This document shows, in pieces, positions 40,418 to 52,503 of a DNA stretch of 64,000 bases; position 1 is the first letter of the stretch, and every line of letters starts with the position of its first letter. The stretch comes from an uncultured virus (IMG/VR IMGVR_UViG_3300041964_000150) (Duplodnaviria > Heunggongvirae > Uroviricota > Caudoviricetes). The stretch is taken from IMG/VR virus record IMGVR_UViG_3300041964_000150, one strand, 5' to 3'. A program made the position numbers and the translations under genes. The notes under the pieces are model-generated. The model ran no database searches. It was not told the origin of the DNA and worked only from the letters and a program-made list of their open reading frames with translations.

Positions 40418-40607
40418 ACCGTCGCTATCAGGAAATCGAAGCCTTGATGACCCTAAAAGATCTAGAGCCAGTCGATCGCGTGCAGATCACGATGGCAGTC
40501 AACAAACTCTCTGAGCCGGACAAAGCTGCGATCGACAAGGCGATCGGCCTGCTGACTTCAGAGATTGAGCTAGCTAGCTATCTGGCTGCCCAGAAGGAGC
40601 AAACCCC

Positions 40608-40919
40608 ATGACGCAGCTTGATTTGCTCACCTATCAGCCGACCCCTGAAGAGATGCAGCCGCCCTTAGCTCCGGTTCAGTCTGCACCCAAGCCCAGCAGT
40701 GGAGCGATCGCGTGGCAATACGCCAAGCTCAACTACTTCACGAAGTTAATGAGCAAAGTGATCGATCGCTCGATACGCGATCGCCAGCTTGCTCAGGCTA
40801 CTGGCGACATGGCGCAGTATGAGCGCTTGCAGCTCTGCCGTCAGTGGCACCTGACAAAACTTGCAAGGCTGCGTCAGCAGTGCGCGGACAGAATCAACGC
40901 CCTGGAGGTCCAAACCTGA
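40608..40919 (+). CDS. Hypothetical protein
   Basis: Coupled ORF with AAGGAG RBS. Confidence 0.55.
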   Translation: MTQLDLLTYQPTPEEMQPPLAPVQSAPKPSSGAIAWQYAKLNYFTKLMSKVIDRSIRDRQLAQATGDMAQYERLQLCRQWHLTKLARLRQQCADRINALEVQT

Positions 40920-40934
40920 TGATCGCCGCCATTC

Positions 40935-41171
40935 ATGAGCAAGCCAAACGACCCCGCAGAAACCGAACTCGGAAAGCAAGCGCTGCTGCTGATCAAGGCC
41001 AGCGGCGGCATGAAGACGAACGATATTGTGCAGAACCTTCAGCGATCGAATACGCGAGTGCAAATGTTGTTAAACCGACTGAAGGCGGCAGGGTGGATCG
41101 TCACGACGATCGATCAGAGGCCGAAGCTGTGGATGCCGAGCGATCGCCTGAAGAACAGCGAAATGTTCTAG
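40935..41171 (+). CDS. Small winged-helix protein
   Basis: GMKTNDIVQNLQRSNTRVQMLLNRLKAAGWI. Confidence 0.55.
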   Translation: MSKPNDPAETELGKQALLLIKASGGMKTNDIVQNLQRSNTRVQMLLNRLKAAGWIVTTIDQRPKLWMPSDRLKNSEMF

Positions 41172-41185
41172 GGGCAGATGGTGCG

Positions 41186-42043
41186 ATGTATCCGATCGGG
41201 GCAAAATTTCAGCTTCAAGCTGGGCAGCTTGCAGGCCAAATTTTTGAGCTGCGCGGCGTTTCCGATGACGGTCATGTGACGCTCAACTACGAAGACGGGA
41301 AAGCAGTTTGCTCGATGCGCCTGACTTGGCCGGAAGTCGGCGCGACCTTCGCGGCCATCGTGGGCGACTTCTGCCCAACGAACACAACTCGCCCCAAGCG
41401 TGGCGATCGCGTCGTCCTGACCTTTGATGCTCAGGAATATGAGGTGTGCAAAGTTGAAGGGGCAAGCTTTACTGCTCGGTCCGAAGCAGGGCAGTCGCTC
41501 AGCCATCACATTCGCCATCTTCGCCAAATCAATGACAGACCGACCGGGGTAGAACGATCGAGTGATGTCGTGCGGCTGCCGTCAGCAATTCCAGTTGCCG
41601 CAGTCAAGCCGACTCAGTCCAATGTTCTAGGGGCACCCCTGACACCTGTTTATGCAGCGGGCGATCGCGTCTATCAAGAGCCGTCCTCAGAGCAGCGGCG
41701 TGCTGAGTCACTGCATGATCAACTCGCCGCGCTGGAACGGGAGCGCGATCGCATCAGAGCCGAAGGAGCGATCGCCCCTAATGGCTGTTGGATCGAAATT
41801 GCGCCCTGCTATCAGCGCAACGTTCGGCAGGTTTTCTATCGATCGCGAAAGGCCATTTTTGAGCCTGCCCGCAAGAAAGCAGTAGACTCCGGCGCGAAGG
41901 TCAAACGCCGATATATTGGCATGGTTGGCAGTGCCGAAGAGAAGGAAGCGCACGCCGCGATCGAACGGCGCAACCGCTTGAATGTAGTGCTAGTTCAAAT
42001 CGAAAAACTTGAGGAGACGATCGATGAATCTAACTCTATTTGA
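41186..42043 (+). CDS. Hypothetical protein
   Basis: Start placed at MYPIGAKF; C-terminal basic region. Confidence 0.55.
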   Translation: MYPIGAKFQLQAGQLAGQIFELRGVSDDGHVTLNYEDGKAVCSMRLTWPEVGATFAAIVGDFCPTNTTRPKRGDRVVLTFDAQEYEVCKVEGASFTARSEAGQSLSHHIRHLRQINDRPTGVERSSDVVRLPSAIPVAAVKPTQSNVLGAPLTPVYAAGDRVYQEPSSEQRRAESLHDQLAALERERDRIRAEGAIAPNGCWIEIAPCYQRNVRQVFYRSRKAIFEPARKKAVDSGAKVKRRYIGMVGSAEEKEAHAAIERRNRLNVVLVQIEKLEETIDESNSI

Positions 42044-43211
42044 TAGCGATCGACTCTCACTACCCAGGTCGATCGAACTTTCGATCGAGTCGCTGCGGCA
42101 TTATGGTTCACTCTACAAGCATTGGTGTGCGTCGTTTTCGGGCGGCAAGGATTCTGCTGCGACTGTCACACTGGTAGCGCATCTGATTGAAACGGGGCAA
42201 ATTCCGCGCCCGGAAAGTTTCACCATTCTCTTCGCAGATACCCGACAGGAATTACCGCCGCTTCATGCCGCAGCAATGGAAATTTTGGCGGCCTTGCGCG
42301 ATCGTGGTTTTGAGACTCGCATTGTACTGCCACAGTTAGACCATCGCTACTTCGTTTATATGCTTGGTCGTGGTGTTTCTCCACCATCAAATACTTTTCG
42401 CTGGTGTACACCCAAGCTGAAGGTGATGAGTATGGAGCGCGAACTAGAAGCGCTTAGGCAAGAGCGAGGTGAGAAATTTCTAATGCTTACCGGGGTGCGA
42501 ATCGGTGAAAGTGCAGCTCGTGATCAGCGGATCGCCGTAAGCTGCACTAAAGACGGCGGTGAATGCGGCCAAGGTTGGTTTCAGAATTCGTCTTCAAGTG
42601 CAGTTTCAGACATCTTGGCTCCGATCGTTCATTGGCGGGTGTGTCACGTCTGGGATTGGTTGATGCAGGCCGATTTAGAGCTAGGATTCCCAACCCTAGA
42701 GATTGCCAAGGTCTACGGTCAGGATGTTAGCGACGGCGAGGAACCGATCGCCGCTCGCACTGGCTGCATGGGCTGCCCTCTGGTGCAGAAAGATGCAGCA
42801 CTCGATCGTGTGGTTGCTCAGTCTGAATGGTCGTATCTCGCGCCGTTGCAAGGGCTTAGGCCGTTGTATTGGGAGGTAAAAAAGCCTCAGTATCGCCACC
42901 GCAAGCGAGGGGGTGAAACCAATAAAAACGGGAAGCTTGCCGCCAAGCAAGGCAGATTAGGACCGCTAACAATCGAAGCTCGTCAGTGGATGTTAGGAGA
43001 GATTTTAGGGATTGAAGCTGAGGTCAACCAAGCAGCGATCGCCCTAAATCGCCCCACTATCAGCCTGATTAACGCTGAGGAGTTGGCGCGGATTGATGAG
43101 CTAATCGCCGCTAAGACCTATCCCGAAAGGTGGGACGGTACTGAGCCGCTTGGCGATGCGTGGCTGCCGTTGACCCTGCCTGATGGCTCTATTCAGTATT
43201 TGCTGTGGTGA
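42024..43211 (+). CDS. PAPS-reductase-family (DndC-like) protein
   Basis: SFSGGKDS, ADTRQE, RWCTPKLK, TGVRIGESAARD, RTGCMGC. Confidence 0.9.
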   Translation: MNLTLFDSDRLSLPRSIELSIESLRHYGSLYKHWCASFSGGKDSAATVTLVAHLIETGQIPRPESFTILFADTRQELPPLHAAAMEILAALRDRGFETRIVLPQLDHRYFVYMLGRGVSPPSNTFRWCTPKLKVMSMERELEALRQERGEKFLMLTGVRIGESAARDQRIAVSCTKDGGECGQGWFQNSSSSAVSDILAPIVHWRVCHVWDWLMQADLELGFPTLEIAKVYGQDVSDGEEPIAARTGCMGCPLVQKDAALDRVVAQSEWSYLAPLQGLRPLYWEVKKPQYRHRKRGGETNKNGKLAAKQGRLGPLTIEARQWMLGEILGIEAEVNQAAIALNRPTISLINAEELARIDELIAAKTYPERWDGTEPLGDAWLPLTLPDGSIQYLLW

Positions 43212-43253
43212 AAGGCTTAATCATTTCGTATTACTTGAGGAAGCGATCGACTC

Positions 43254-45301
43254 ATGACCCAGATGGACCAAACACCCGACTTTAAGCACATCGATCGACT
43301 ACTGGAGAATGCCCAGTCGATCGGGATGAAGATCACAGCGCCCCGTGCATTTGTCTTGCTGTCGCAGCTTCAGCTTGCGCTGCGACATCCAGAAAATAAC
43401 GGCGCATCTGCTGAGATTGCGCGAGACATTGCGCAGCGGTTGAGCGATCGACTGAGCGCGATCGATCCGGCGATCGCAGCGCTGATTGCACAAGGTTGGC
43501 ATCCTGAATTTGACGCAACCAGGGAAGAGTTTGAGCAGCAGCAGAGAGGCGATCGTCGATGAGGTTTTTACCTGCTGAACCCAACAATGTGATTCACGAA
43601 TGCCGTTGCGTGTCTGAAGGGGGGATCTGGGAATTTGGCTTCCGTCAGATGATGTTTGGGGTGAGAGTTTCGCTGTCGCAGACTGGTGACTACTTCTATA
43701 CCCTGGACTACTGCGCTGCCGATCAAAAAGATTTTGCCCTGCTGCTGTTTGCAACGGTGTTAATCGCGCTCGAACCCTATCCAGAAGATGTCAAGCCCTA
43801 CCAACTGCAAAGAGATTTTCCCCGGTTTGAAATCAAGCCGATTAATCGCGATCCCTACTGCTGGAAGCGTCTTCAAGAAATGGCTAATGCTGTGATAGAG
43901 CAAAGAACTGAGGAGGTATTTAATGCCGAACTTAAATGATTTAGTAAAGGCGCGGAAACGCAGAAAAAAGGGTGTTCCTGCTCAACCGTTCGATCCAAAC
44001 AATGTCATGCCAGCACAGTGCGCGTCCTGTCCTTGGCGCGATGATGGGGGGATTTTGCACGAACAACCTGAGATGCTTGCCCACCTACAGCGGCAGGTGA
44101 TCGAGGTGCCCGCTGGCAATCAATTTTGTCACGCACCTGCTTTTGCTGGGCAGCCAGAAGATAAAATCTGTCGAGGCGCAAGAAACTTTCAACTGAAAGT
44201 TTTTTACAATATAGGCTTTTTGCCCGAACCGACTGATCAAGCGTGGCGCGAAGCAACAGAGCAAATTGCAAAAGAATCTGAGGAACGCACGCAATGACTT
44301 TTGAAGTCGATCCGGATGATCTCTACATCAACGCTACCCAATCACCTGACGGTCTTAAAATGCCGATGGTGTATTGGGCTTACAAACGTCAAGAAGGCGC
44401 GATTACGATTACCGAAGCGCGATCGCGAGCGCGAGCTATTCTGACAGCCTGCGCGATCGCAGAATCAGAGGCAGCTATCTTGCAAGGACTTCAGAAGATT
44501 AATGCGCCCAAAGGATTCGCCAAGAAACCCGAAGACCCAAGGCTAGCGGGCATCCTGCAATTAATCCGCACCTTTCGATCGCCACTGCCAGCCGGAATCG
44601 AAGCAATTTACAGGTACAACACCCAGCAACCCTTGATCGTCTTCTTGCCCGAATGGTACGGCACTCAGATACAGTTTCCGCCTCATGATGCCGCAGGTCA
44701 TGCGATGCACTTGCTAGGGGCGGCTGAGGCTGCCCAAACTGACGGGTTTCTTTATCATTTTATGCAAGATACGATTGGGGCAAATGTCGATCACGTTCAG
44801 CCACTAATCCGCGAATTTGGCTTGTTCCGCCAGCGCAACGAGCTGGAGGATCTATTCAAGACTGGCGACTAATTTCACTGCTGTTACTGACAGAGTTACT
44901 GCACATCACTGAGAGGGCAAGCCATGCGAGACAACGAAAAAATCATCCAAATTCACGCTGATTTTATCGGCCACCTTCGATTGACGATGATCAGGCTGAT
45001 CGAAGCTGAAGCCCCAGCCGAACTGCTGCGATCGTGGGTTGATTCGTATGGCGCAATTTCCTGCGCATCTTCAGCGCTGGGCGAGCAAATGCCGTTCGAC
45101 AACAGCAGAGCTATGGGAATCGCGATCGCGCATCATGGGCGCCCAGGCGAGCTAATGGAGCTGCGATCGGACCAACCTATCGAGATGCTGGCGAGGCAGG
45201 TTGTTGAAATGATGCAGCGGATTGAAGGCAATCGTGAGCAGCGGCCATCGAGAGACAGCGATCGCCCGCAGGAAGGTGCAGGCGATCGGGCTGCTGACTA
45301 G
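43254..45301 (+). CDS. Run of five coupled hypothetical ORFs (43254-43562, 43559-43939, 43923-44297, 44294-44872, 44924-45301)
   Basis: Overlapping start/stop codons and RBSs; 43923 ORF has CASCPW...CH...CRGA. Confidence 0.6.
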
Positions 45302-46257
45302 AGAGACGCTGGAACAGGCAGCATCGTTTTTGCTGCCTGAATGAAGTTTTGACGCATTACCGGGGTGGGGTTTCCTGCTTGCGTGCGCAGGATGAAAGTG
45401 ATCGCCCGCTCTGGCTCGCTTGCAGCATCCTCAATCTGTTCGGGCAGTGCGGCGAACGCTTGCAGCATCGCAGCTCTTTCCTGCTCGGAAGGATAATTCG
45501 CATTAAGGAATCGCTCAATCGCCTTGGTGCGTGAATTGGCGCGATCGAAGGCGCGAAATTTCTTCAGCCGTCGCGCAGATTTGCCGCTGCGAGATTTGGC
45601 CGCAGCCTTCTTGACTGGTGCTTTTGCCGTTTCTGCTTCTGGTGCCGCTTCTGCTTCCGGCGCGATCGGCGCGATTGACTCAGCAGGCTCGCTTGCTTCA
45701 ACCGCTGGTATTTCAACCTGTGGCATTCTGCCAGTCAGGATCGATCGGACAGCTTCGATCGTCCGCTTGACCGTTGCATCAACTCTCGCTGAGATGGCAG
45801 GACTCTCTAACTGCCTGGTTGTTTCGGCAATTGTCAACTCTTCGATCAGCTGATCGATGTTGTCTTCGACAGTCGGCGCGATCGCTGCTCGCACTTTTTC
45901 AATCTGATCATCTAAGCTGCTCTGAGCCGCACCGTTCACCGAAGGGGTTGCCGTTGCCTGCATAGTTGGTTCTCCAAAAAAATTAGAATCTAGTTCTGAT
46001 TCTATTTCTTTCGTCGTCCATATGCGTTCTCTCTGAAAATAGAGCGCGATATGTTGAACACCAACTAAGGTCGAACACTTCATTAAGTCATTGATGCGAT
46101 CGATCAGCCAATCAACCTGCATGGGGCTGAACGCATGAATAATCAGATCTTGATGTTGATCGATCGCCACTGCTGACCCCTTGAGAATCGGCAGTAGTTC
46201 ATGCAGGCGCAGCAGGCGAGCTTTGTTGAGTTGATGGCGATCGAAGTCGGTCAGCAT
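45298..46257 (-). CDS. Hypothetical protein
   Basis: 319-aa ORF with an Ala/Glu/Pro linker. Confidence 0.6.
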   Translation of the reverse strand: MLTDFDRHQLNKARLLRLHELLPILKGSAVAIDQHQDLIIHAFSPMQVDWLIDRINDLMKCSTLVGVQHIALYFQRERIWTTKEIESELDSNFFGEPTMQATATPSVNGAAQSSLDDQIEKVRAAIAPTVEDNIDQLIEELTIAETTRQLESPAISARVDATVKRTIEAVRSILTGRMPQVEIPAVEASEPAESIAPIAPEAEAAPEAETAKAPVKKAAAKSRSGKSARRLKKFRAFDRANSRTKAIERFLNANYPSEQERAAMLQAFAALPEQIEDAASEPERAITFILRTQAGNPTPVMRQNFIQAAKTMLPVPASL

Positions 46258-46316
46258 AATGTTCTAGGGGCAGGCTGGGCAAGTGGCGCGTGTGTACCAG
46301 TTTCAGCATTCCCGGT

Positions 46317-46829
46317 CTACGCCTTGCGTCTCTTGGTAATTTCCTCAAATTTGAGCGTGAACCCATCCGCATAATTGCGGTTGCCCCAGCCGATCGCGCT
46401 ACCTCGCAGCTCTGGGTAGAACAGCCGACCGAGGCGCACGGTGTACTTCTCGCCGCTGAGTAGACCGTAATCCTCATCCTCTGGCGAGGCAAAATCGAGA
46501 ATTGCGATCGGGCTGTGAGTGCGGCGATCGGGAGAGGTTTGCAGACGCGAAAGATGCTGCACCAAATCACGAATTGCCAAGTCACCATGCTCGATCTCAG
46601 CTTCAAACCCGGTCTTGGCAAGGGATATCGGCGCGATCGGTGTGGTCAGAACGTGCTGATATCCCAGATCGCGATCTTCATACCGCTCTTTGTATTTGTT
46701 GCGCCCTACCCACAGCCGCAGGTAGCGAGCAACGCCAACAAACTCATACCAGCACGCCTCAACATCCGTGTGAGCGCTGGCGATCGCGTCTCCGCAAGGG
46801 ATTAAAATCCGCTTCAGAACAACAGTCAT
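46317..46829 (-). CDS. Putative distal tail protein
   Basis: Immediately downstream of the tape measure gene. Confidence 0.5.
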   Translation of the reverse strand: MTVVLKRILIPCGDAIASAHTDVEACWYEFVGVARYLRLWVGRNKYKERYEDRDLGYQHVLTTPIAPISLAKTGFEAEIEHGDLAIRDLVQHLSRLQTSPDRRTHSPIAILDFASPEDEDYGLLSGEKYTVRLGRLFYPELRGSAIGWGNRNYADGFTLKFEEITKRRKA

Positions 46830-49800
46830 GATCTGCCTCTCCCGCTAATTTGCTCGATTTTCTGCATAACGCTGTATTGGGTATTGACGATCGCCTGCTC
46901 AAGGTCGCGCTGGAACGTGCCATCGTTGAGCGAACGCCGATCGGCCTGCACGATGGTTTGATTCTGCTGCTCGATCGTGATGCCGTTGAACTGCTGCATC
47001 GTTTCCTGAAGGCTACCAATCCGGTCGGCAATCTGCTGCTGTAGCCCGATCGCCTCAGCCGAACCGGGAACCTGTAGCTGTAGCTGCGGCGATTGCAACT
47101 GCGGTAGTCGAGCTGCGGGCAAGGCTGTGGCTCGCGAGAGCTGGGCGGCGATCGCGGCACCCGTCATATCAGGCGCAGACTGCGGACGCAGACCAAAGTT
47201 ACTCTGCACCGTTTGATCCACCAGTGCGCCAACTCCGCGCCCAAAGTCCGCCTGATTGCGGGCACCGTAGCGGCCAAAGACATCATTGCGAATCGCTTGA
47301 AATGCGGCTCGCTGCTCGCGTCCGGTCAGCGTTTGGGCAAAGGCAACCTGTGCTGATTGTCGGTCTGATCGCTGGTTGGCAAGCGTGGCCTGCTGCCGCA
47401 TGACAAGCGCTCGATCATCAAGTGCGCCCTGCTGGTTGAGTAAATCGCCTTCCATTTGCAGCGCCCCACCCCGCTGTAGCAACCCCTGTAGGTTGAGCTG
47501 GAGTGATTGGATTTGCTCAGGCGTAGCATTGGGGTCGCGCATGGCCGTTCGCAGTTGCCCTTGTGCTGCAACGATCTGCGATTGATTCTCAATCTGTCGA
47601 ATCCGCAGGGCAATTTGCTCGCGCTCACGGGCGATTCTGGCCTGCTCGCGCTGAATTTCCAGCACCCGCAATTCAGCATCTTGTTGAACGGCTAAGGTTT
47701 GCAGCTTGATCGCCGCTTCAGCCTGTGCCAGTTCCTTTTTTTCGCGCTCAGTGCGGGCGATCGCGCTCAGTGCGGCCAGGTCGCCCTGAACTGCACCGCT
47801 GATCGCCTGCTGCAAGTTGCGCTGTGCATCGAGCAGCTTCACCTGATTATCTAGCGATCGCTCCATCGCTTCACTGAGCTGGATGCGTTGCTCTAGTGCC
47901 TGCGATTCTGCCGTCAGCTTGTTCTGAATGCCCTGCACCTGCCGATCGATTTGCGATCGGAACAAATCGAATGCAGCTTTTTGGGCATCAAATTCGTTCT
48001 GCGCGAGCTGCCCAGTAATGCGGGCGGTTTCGATGCGGGCTGCCCGGATCTGCGCCTGTCGATCGCGCTCAACTCTGGGGTCACTCGATACGGGTAGGGC
48101 TTCCAGCGCTCTGCGGTGGTCCTCCTCAGCGGCGAGTTCTTCTTCGAGTGCTTCTCGCCGCAGCTCCACCCGTTCGACGTTGGCCTGTTCCTGTCGGATT
48201 GCTCCACTGTTGATCAGTTCTTGCAGTTCAGTTTCGCGCTGAGTCTGCGCTAGCTCCATCTCATCGCGAACCTTCTGCGCGGCTCGCTCCACCATCTCCA
48301 TCTGTTGACGGTAGAAAGCTTGCTGTGCCTGCGCTCTACGCTCGTAGATCTCCGCTTCCTTGGCGGCAAGCGCTTCAATTTCCTCGGTTTGGTTGGCAGT
48401 AAGCTGCGATCGCTGCTGCTGAATTGCCGACAGTTCAGCATCAAGCCGTTCCATCGTCAGATTGAGCGACTTCTGGTTATAGTCACCCTCGCTCATCAAC
48501 CCTTGAGCGATCGCCCCATCTAAAATCTGCTGCTCATTCTCGTAGTGCTGAGTCGTGAGCTGAAGCTGCTGATCAAGGAAGTCGCGTTGTGCCTGCACCC
48601 GCTGCCCCTGAATCGCGGCAAGGCGAGCATTCAGCGCTTCTTGCCCAGCCGTATCGGTGGGGTCAAGTAGCTGCTTTTGCCGCTGCAACTCCTTCGCCTC
48701 TGCATCAAGCCGCTGGATAGTCAGATTCAGCGATCGCTCATTGTAGGCTGCCTGACTGATGGCGCCCGATTCCTGCGCGGCTTCTAGCAACTGCTGCTGA
48801 TTGTCGTAGTGCGCCATCTGCGCGGCAATCCGTTGGCGCTGCCCCTCAGCCTCATTTGCCGTGAGCTGCTGCTGTAGTTCGGATTGCTGGTTTTTCAACT
48901 CCTGCATCCGCTCCGATTCAGTGGCGATCGCCGCATTCGCCGCAGTTTTCTGCTGGTTGAGGCGATCGATCTCTGCCTGCTGTCGGGTTGCTTCTGCATC
49001 GTTGCCGCTGCCCTGTGCCTGAGTCAGAGCAGTTTGCGCGGCCTTCAATCTGCTGGTTGAGGGCAGTGATCTGCTGCTCAATCCCCTGCCGTCGCGCCTC
49101 CGATTCTTTGTCGATCGCCGCCTGCACCTGCTTCAAGCTGGATCTGAAGCTGCTCTTTCTTCAGTTCCGTGATCTGCTGCTGTCCGGTTGCCTCAGATAC
49201 GGTTTGGGCATTGATCGCCGCCTGCACCTGGGCGATTTCCTGATTCACAGCGCGAACGCGATCGCTGGTGCCGTCTTCGACAATTTTGGTAATTGCAGCC
49301 TGGGCAGACTCGCGAATGCCCATCTCTAAGCGGCCATCATCTACCAGTTTTTGCAGTCGGCTCTGTGCTTCTTCGCGCGAGATGTTGCCCGCTTCAAACT
49401 GTTTTTGCGTCAACTCAAGCGCAGACTCAGCGGCGTTGTTGAGATCGCCAGAAACGCCCTGCGCCCCTTCCGCGATCGTTCTCCACGCACTGTCAGCCTT
49501 CGCAGACATCTGCTGATATAGGCTGCCCTGGTTCGTGATTGCCTGTGCCTGAATTTCAATTCCACCCCCAACCCTGCCGAGCGATTCCGCCAAGCGCTCA
49601 TTGCCGCCGATCAAAGCGGCCTGCGCGTTGCGCTGCGGTTCGGTGGCTGTCTGCAAACTCTGAATATCTGAGTTCAGTGACTTGTACGCTTCGCCAAGCT
49701 GTTGCGCCTGATTTCTCAGGGCATCGCGTTGCTTCATCTGATCAGGGCTGAGCGTGCCGCCCTTGTCGATGATGCGTTGCAGTGCCGCTAATTTTTCTTG

Positions 49801-51412
49801 AACGGCGATCGCCTCTCTGCCCATTTGTTCGGCAGTTTGGCGATAGGATTCCAGCGCTTCATTACTGTCTTTAACCTGCTGGATCTTGACAGTTAAGACC
49901 AGCAGACCCCCTGCGGCGATGATCGGCAATAAGGGCGCCATTGCCGCAGCCGCAGCCGTTGCCATTCCTCCTAATCCAGTAGTCGCAGCGGCAGCCGTTC
50001 CTGCAATCCCGGTCAGAGCAGCAGGAATGGCTGACAGTAGAGGTGCAAGCGTGACAACCGCAGCCGTAATCAGTCCGACCTGAATCGCCATTTCCCCGAA
50101 TGGCGTATTGACGATCGAAGCCAGTCCGCTGACCAATTTCGCGATCAAGGTAATTGCTGGGGCGATCGCAGTGATCAGGTTTGCGACGGCACTCACGACC
50201 ATCAGCAGCGTTTCACCTGCGCCTTTCCCTGCTCCTGAAACGATGGAGCCTAATGCCTTGGCGAGTTCGGCCATTGCGGGCGCAAGTGCCTCAGCAACCT
50301 GCTTACCCCGCTCATAGAGTTGCAGCAGGAAATTAGAAACCTGTTGCGCGACAGCAACGATTTCATCGCGATTGTCAGACAGCAGGTTATAAACCGATTC
50401 CAGCGAGGCGATCAGCGGCTCCATCAGTGGCTCCCCTGCCACTCGCCCAACCACCTCAACGATGTCCTTCATGTTCGAGGTGATGCCCGCAATCGATCGC
50501 GCTCCGAGGGCATTTGCCTGGGTGAAGGCGGCCATGCGCTCGCGCAATTTATCGACTAAAACCCCTTGCGCCTTCCAGCTTGCAACCTGAGCATTAGTGA
50601 TGTTGAGGGAACGCGCGAGCTGGGCATTAGAATCGATCGTGCCATTTAATATGGCACCGATTTCCTGCTGCGCCTGCTGGAGTCCAAGCCCCATCGTGCC
50701 GAGTGTTGCAGCAAAATCGATCGTCAGCTTTCCGGCTGCTTCGATCGGGTCAGCAAACTGTTTTGACTGATTCGCGAGAACGGATGCCTTACTGATCAGC
50801 GTCTCAAATGCTCCGGTCAGATCACCGCTGGTTACTCCCACCAGCGCGAGTGAATCTTCGTTTACCTGCTTCAGTGCGGCTCGCATTGGACCGTTCAGCG
50901 CTTCGATCGCCTTGGTCGGGTCAACGATCGGATGCCGTTTTGGAGTACCTGATTCGAGGCAACGAGTCCAGCTCGCGCCGATAGTAACTGTTGGTTGAGT
51001 CTTTCGTTTTGCCCGATCAGCAGATCGTAGGCAGGTCCGGCAGTTGCCGCAATGCCAGCGATCGCCCCATCGATGGCATTGAAGGCAAGGCCAATCTGCC
51101 CCAAGCCGACACGATACCCTTGATGCCACCGGGACTAAATAAACTATCTTTCGGCAAGCCGCGCTTTGCGGCTTCTGCCAGCTTTTTGTAAGCTTCAGCG
51201 CTGGTCCCTAACTCATCTTGCAGCAGCTTTTGAATGCGGGCTGAATCTGCATTGACCTTGTTGAGTCGCTGGATTGCCTCGATCGCCGCCTGTGCCTGTT
51301 CTGCGGTTAGTCCGAGAGATTTAGCAAATTCTTCGGCCTGCTCGAAGTTGCCACCCAAGGACAAAGCAAGCTGCGCCGTTGCGTTCGTGTCGCGAGAAAA
51401 AACCACGATCAA
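46826..51412 (-). CDS. Tail tape measure protein (several apparent frameshifts)
   Basis: About 4.6 kb of Ala/Gln-rich helical sequence, SIAGITSNMKD motif and hydrophobic central region; split near 49080-49140 and 50950-51100. Confidence 0.85.
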
Positions 51413-51485
51413 AAGGGAGGGGTGAGGGGTGCGCGTCCCAATCGATCGGGCTTTCTCCGCAGTGCAGAGGCTTTATTAAGATTCC

Positions 51486-51867
51486 CTAGCGGCGAGGTGC
51501 GCTCGCCATTTTCTTGATCCGGGCAACGGCGCGACGATGCACGCCTGCAAGCTGCTGACCGCGAGCGCTGCTCACGGTCTGTTCCACCCGCAGCACTTGC
51601 GCCCGTTCCTGTGAACTCAGTAAGCTGCGAGCGCTGGCCGATCGCCCTGCGCCTGCTCGCTGGCGAATGCCGTCCGCATCCATGCCCAGCACGCTCTTAT
51701 AAACGTAATTTGTCCAGGCGCGATAGCTGGCATCTGAGGCGCCTGACGACTTGAGGCGATCGGTGTATTGCCGCCGAACTCCAGCACTCGATCGCTCACT
51801 CTGCGCTTGGGTTCTGCCATGCTTCACGCTTCGACGCGAGCCGCTTGAGATTAGAAAATTTTCCCAT
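51486..51867 (-). CDS. Small basic protein resembling the DinD/antirepressor C-terminal region (probable frameshift near 51826)
   Basis: YRAWTNYVYKSVLGMDA.GIRQRAG...ARSLLS..E; upstream ATG gives MGKFSNLKRLASKR. Confidence 0.5.
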
Positions 51868-51909
51868 CGGGAACGCCAAGATTCTGCTTTCTTAGCGTTC
51901 CCTTTCGCC

Positions 51910-52500
51910 TCAGTCTATTGTATTCAAGGCGGCGAGCTGCTGCCGTTCCTGCTCGATCGCTGCATCAACCGTTGAACCGTCATCGACTTGAGTTGCAGCA
52001 GGTTGCCGTTTCTGCTGCTTCTGCTTTTTGCTGGTTGACTGAAATCCCTGCGGCTTGGCTGCGATCGTTTCGGCTGAATTTTTCTGCGACTCAACTAAAT
52101 GCTTCATCACAGCTAAGAGAATTTCAAGTGCCTCAGTGTTACTGAGTTTGAACCGAAAATCATGCTCACTCTTGCCGTCCGGCGACTGCACCAGGCGATA
52201 GCGAACCCATCCAGACGGCAGATCGGGAAATAGAGCCAGCAGGTTATAGGCAACTTTTGCCTTTACCGCTGGGTCCGTCAGGCGCGTAGCAAGTAGGGCT
52301 GAGGCTTGCCAGAGCTGCGACTGATCGCTGATGTCGTAGCCCAGCAGCGTCGTTTCATTTTGATATCGGATGGCTGCGAAGCGATCGACTTCACTATCTC
52401 CAGGAAGAAACAGCGATGCCAGTGCCATGATCTCGCTATCGGTGGGTTCGTCAGCGATGAAGGTTTGGCCGCGCAGTTCGATCGAAAGGGTGGGGGTCAT
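51910..52500 (-). CDS. Putative tail assembly chaperone
   Basis: Position between tail tube and tape measure. Confidence 0.45.
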   Translation of the reverse strand: MTPTLSIELRGQTFIADEPTDSEIMALASLFLPGDSEVDRFAAIRYQNETTLLGYDISDQSQLWQASALLATRLTDPAVKAKVAYNLLALFPDLPSGWVRYRLVQSPDGKSEHDFRFKLSNTEALEILLAVMKHLVESQKNSAETIAAKPQGFQSTSKKQKQQKRQPAATQVDDGSTVDAAIEQERQQLAALNTID

Positions 52501-52503
52501 GGG

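Noticed and set aside
42024..43211. Complete Dnd phosphorothioation system
   Set aside because: Only a DndC-like gene is present; no DndA, B, D or E recognised.
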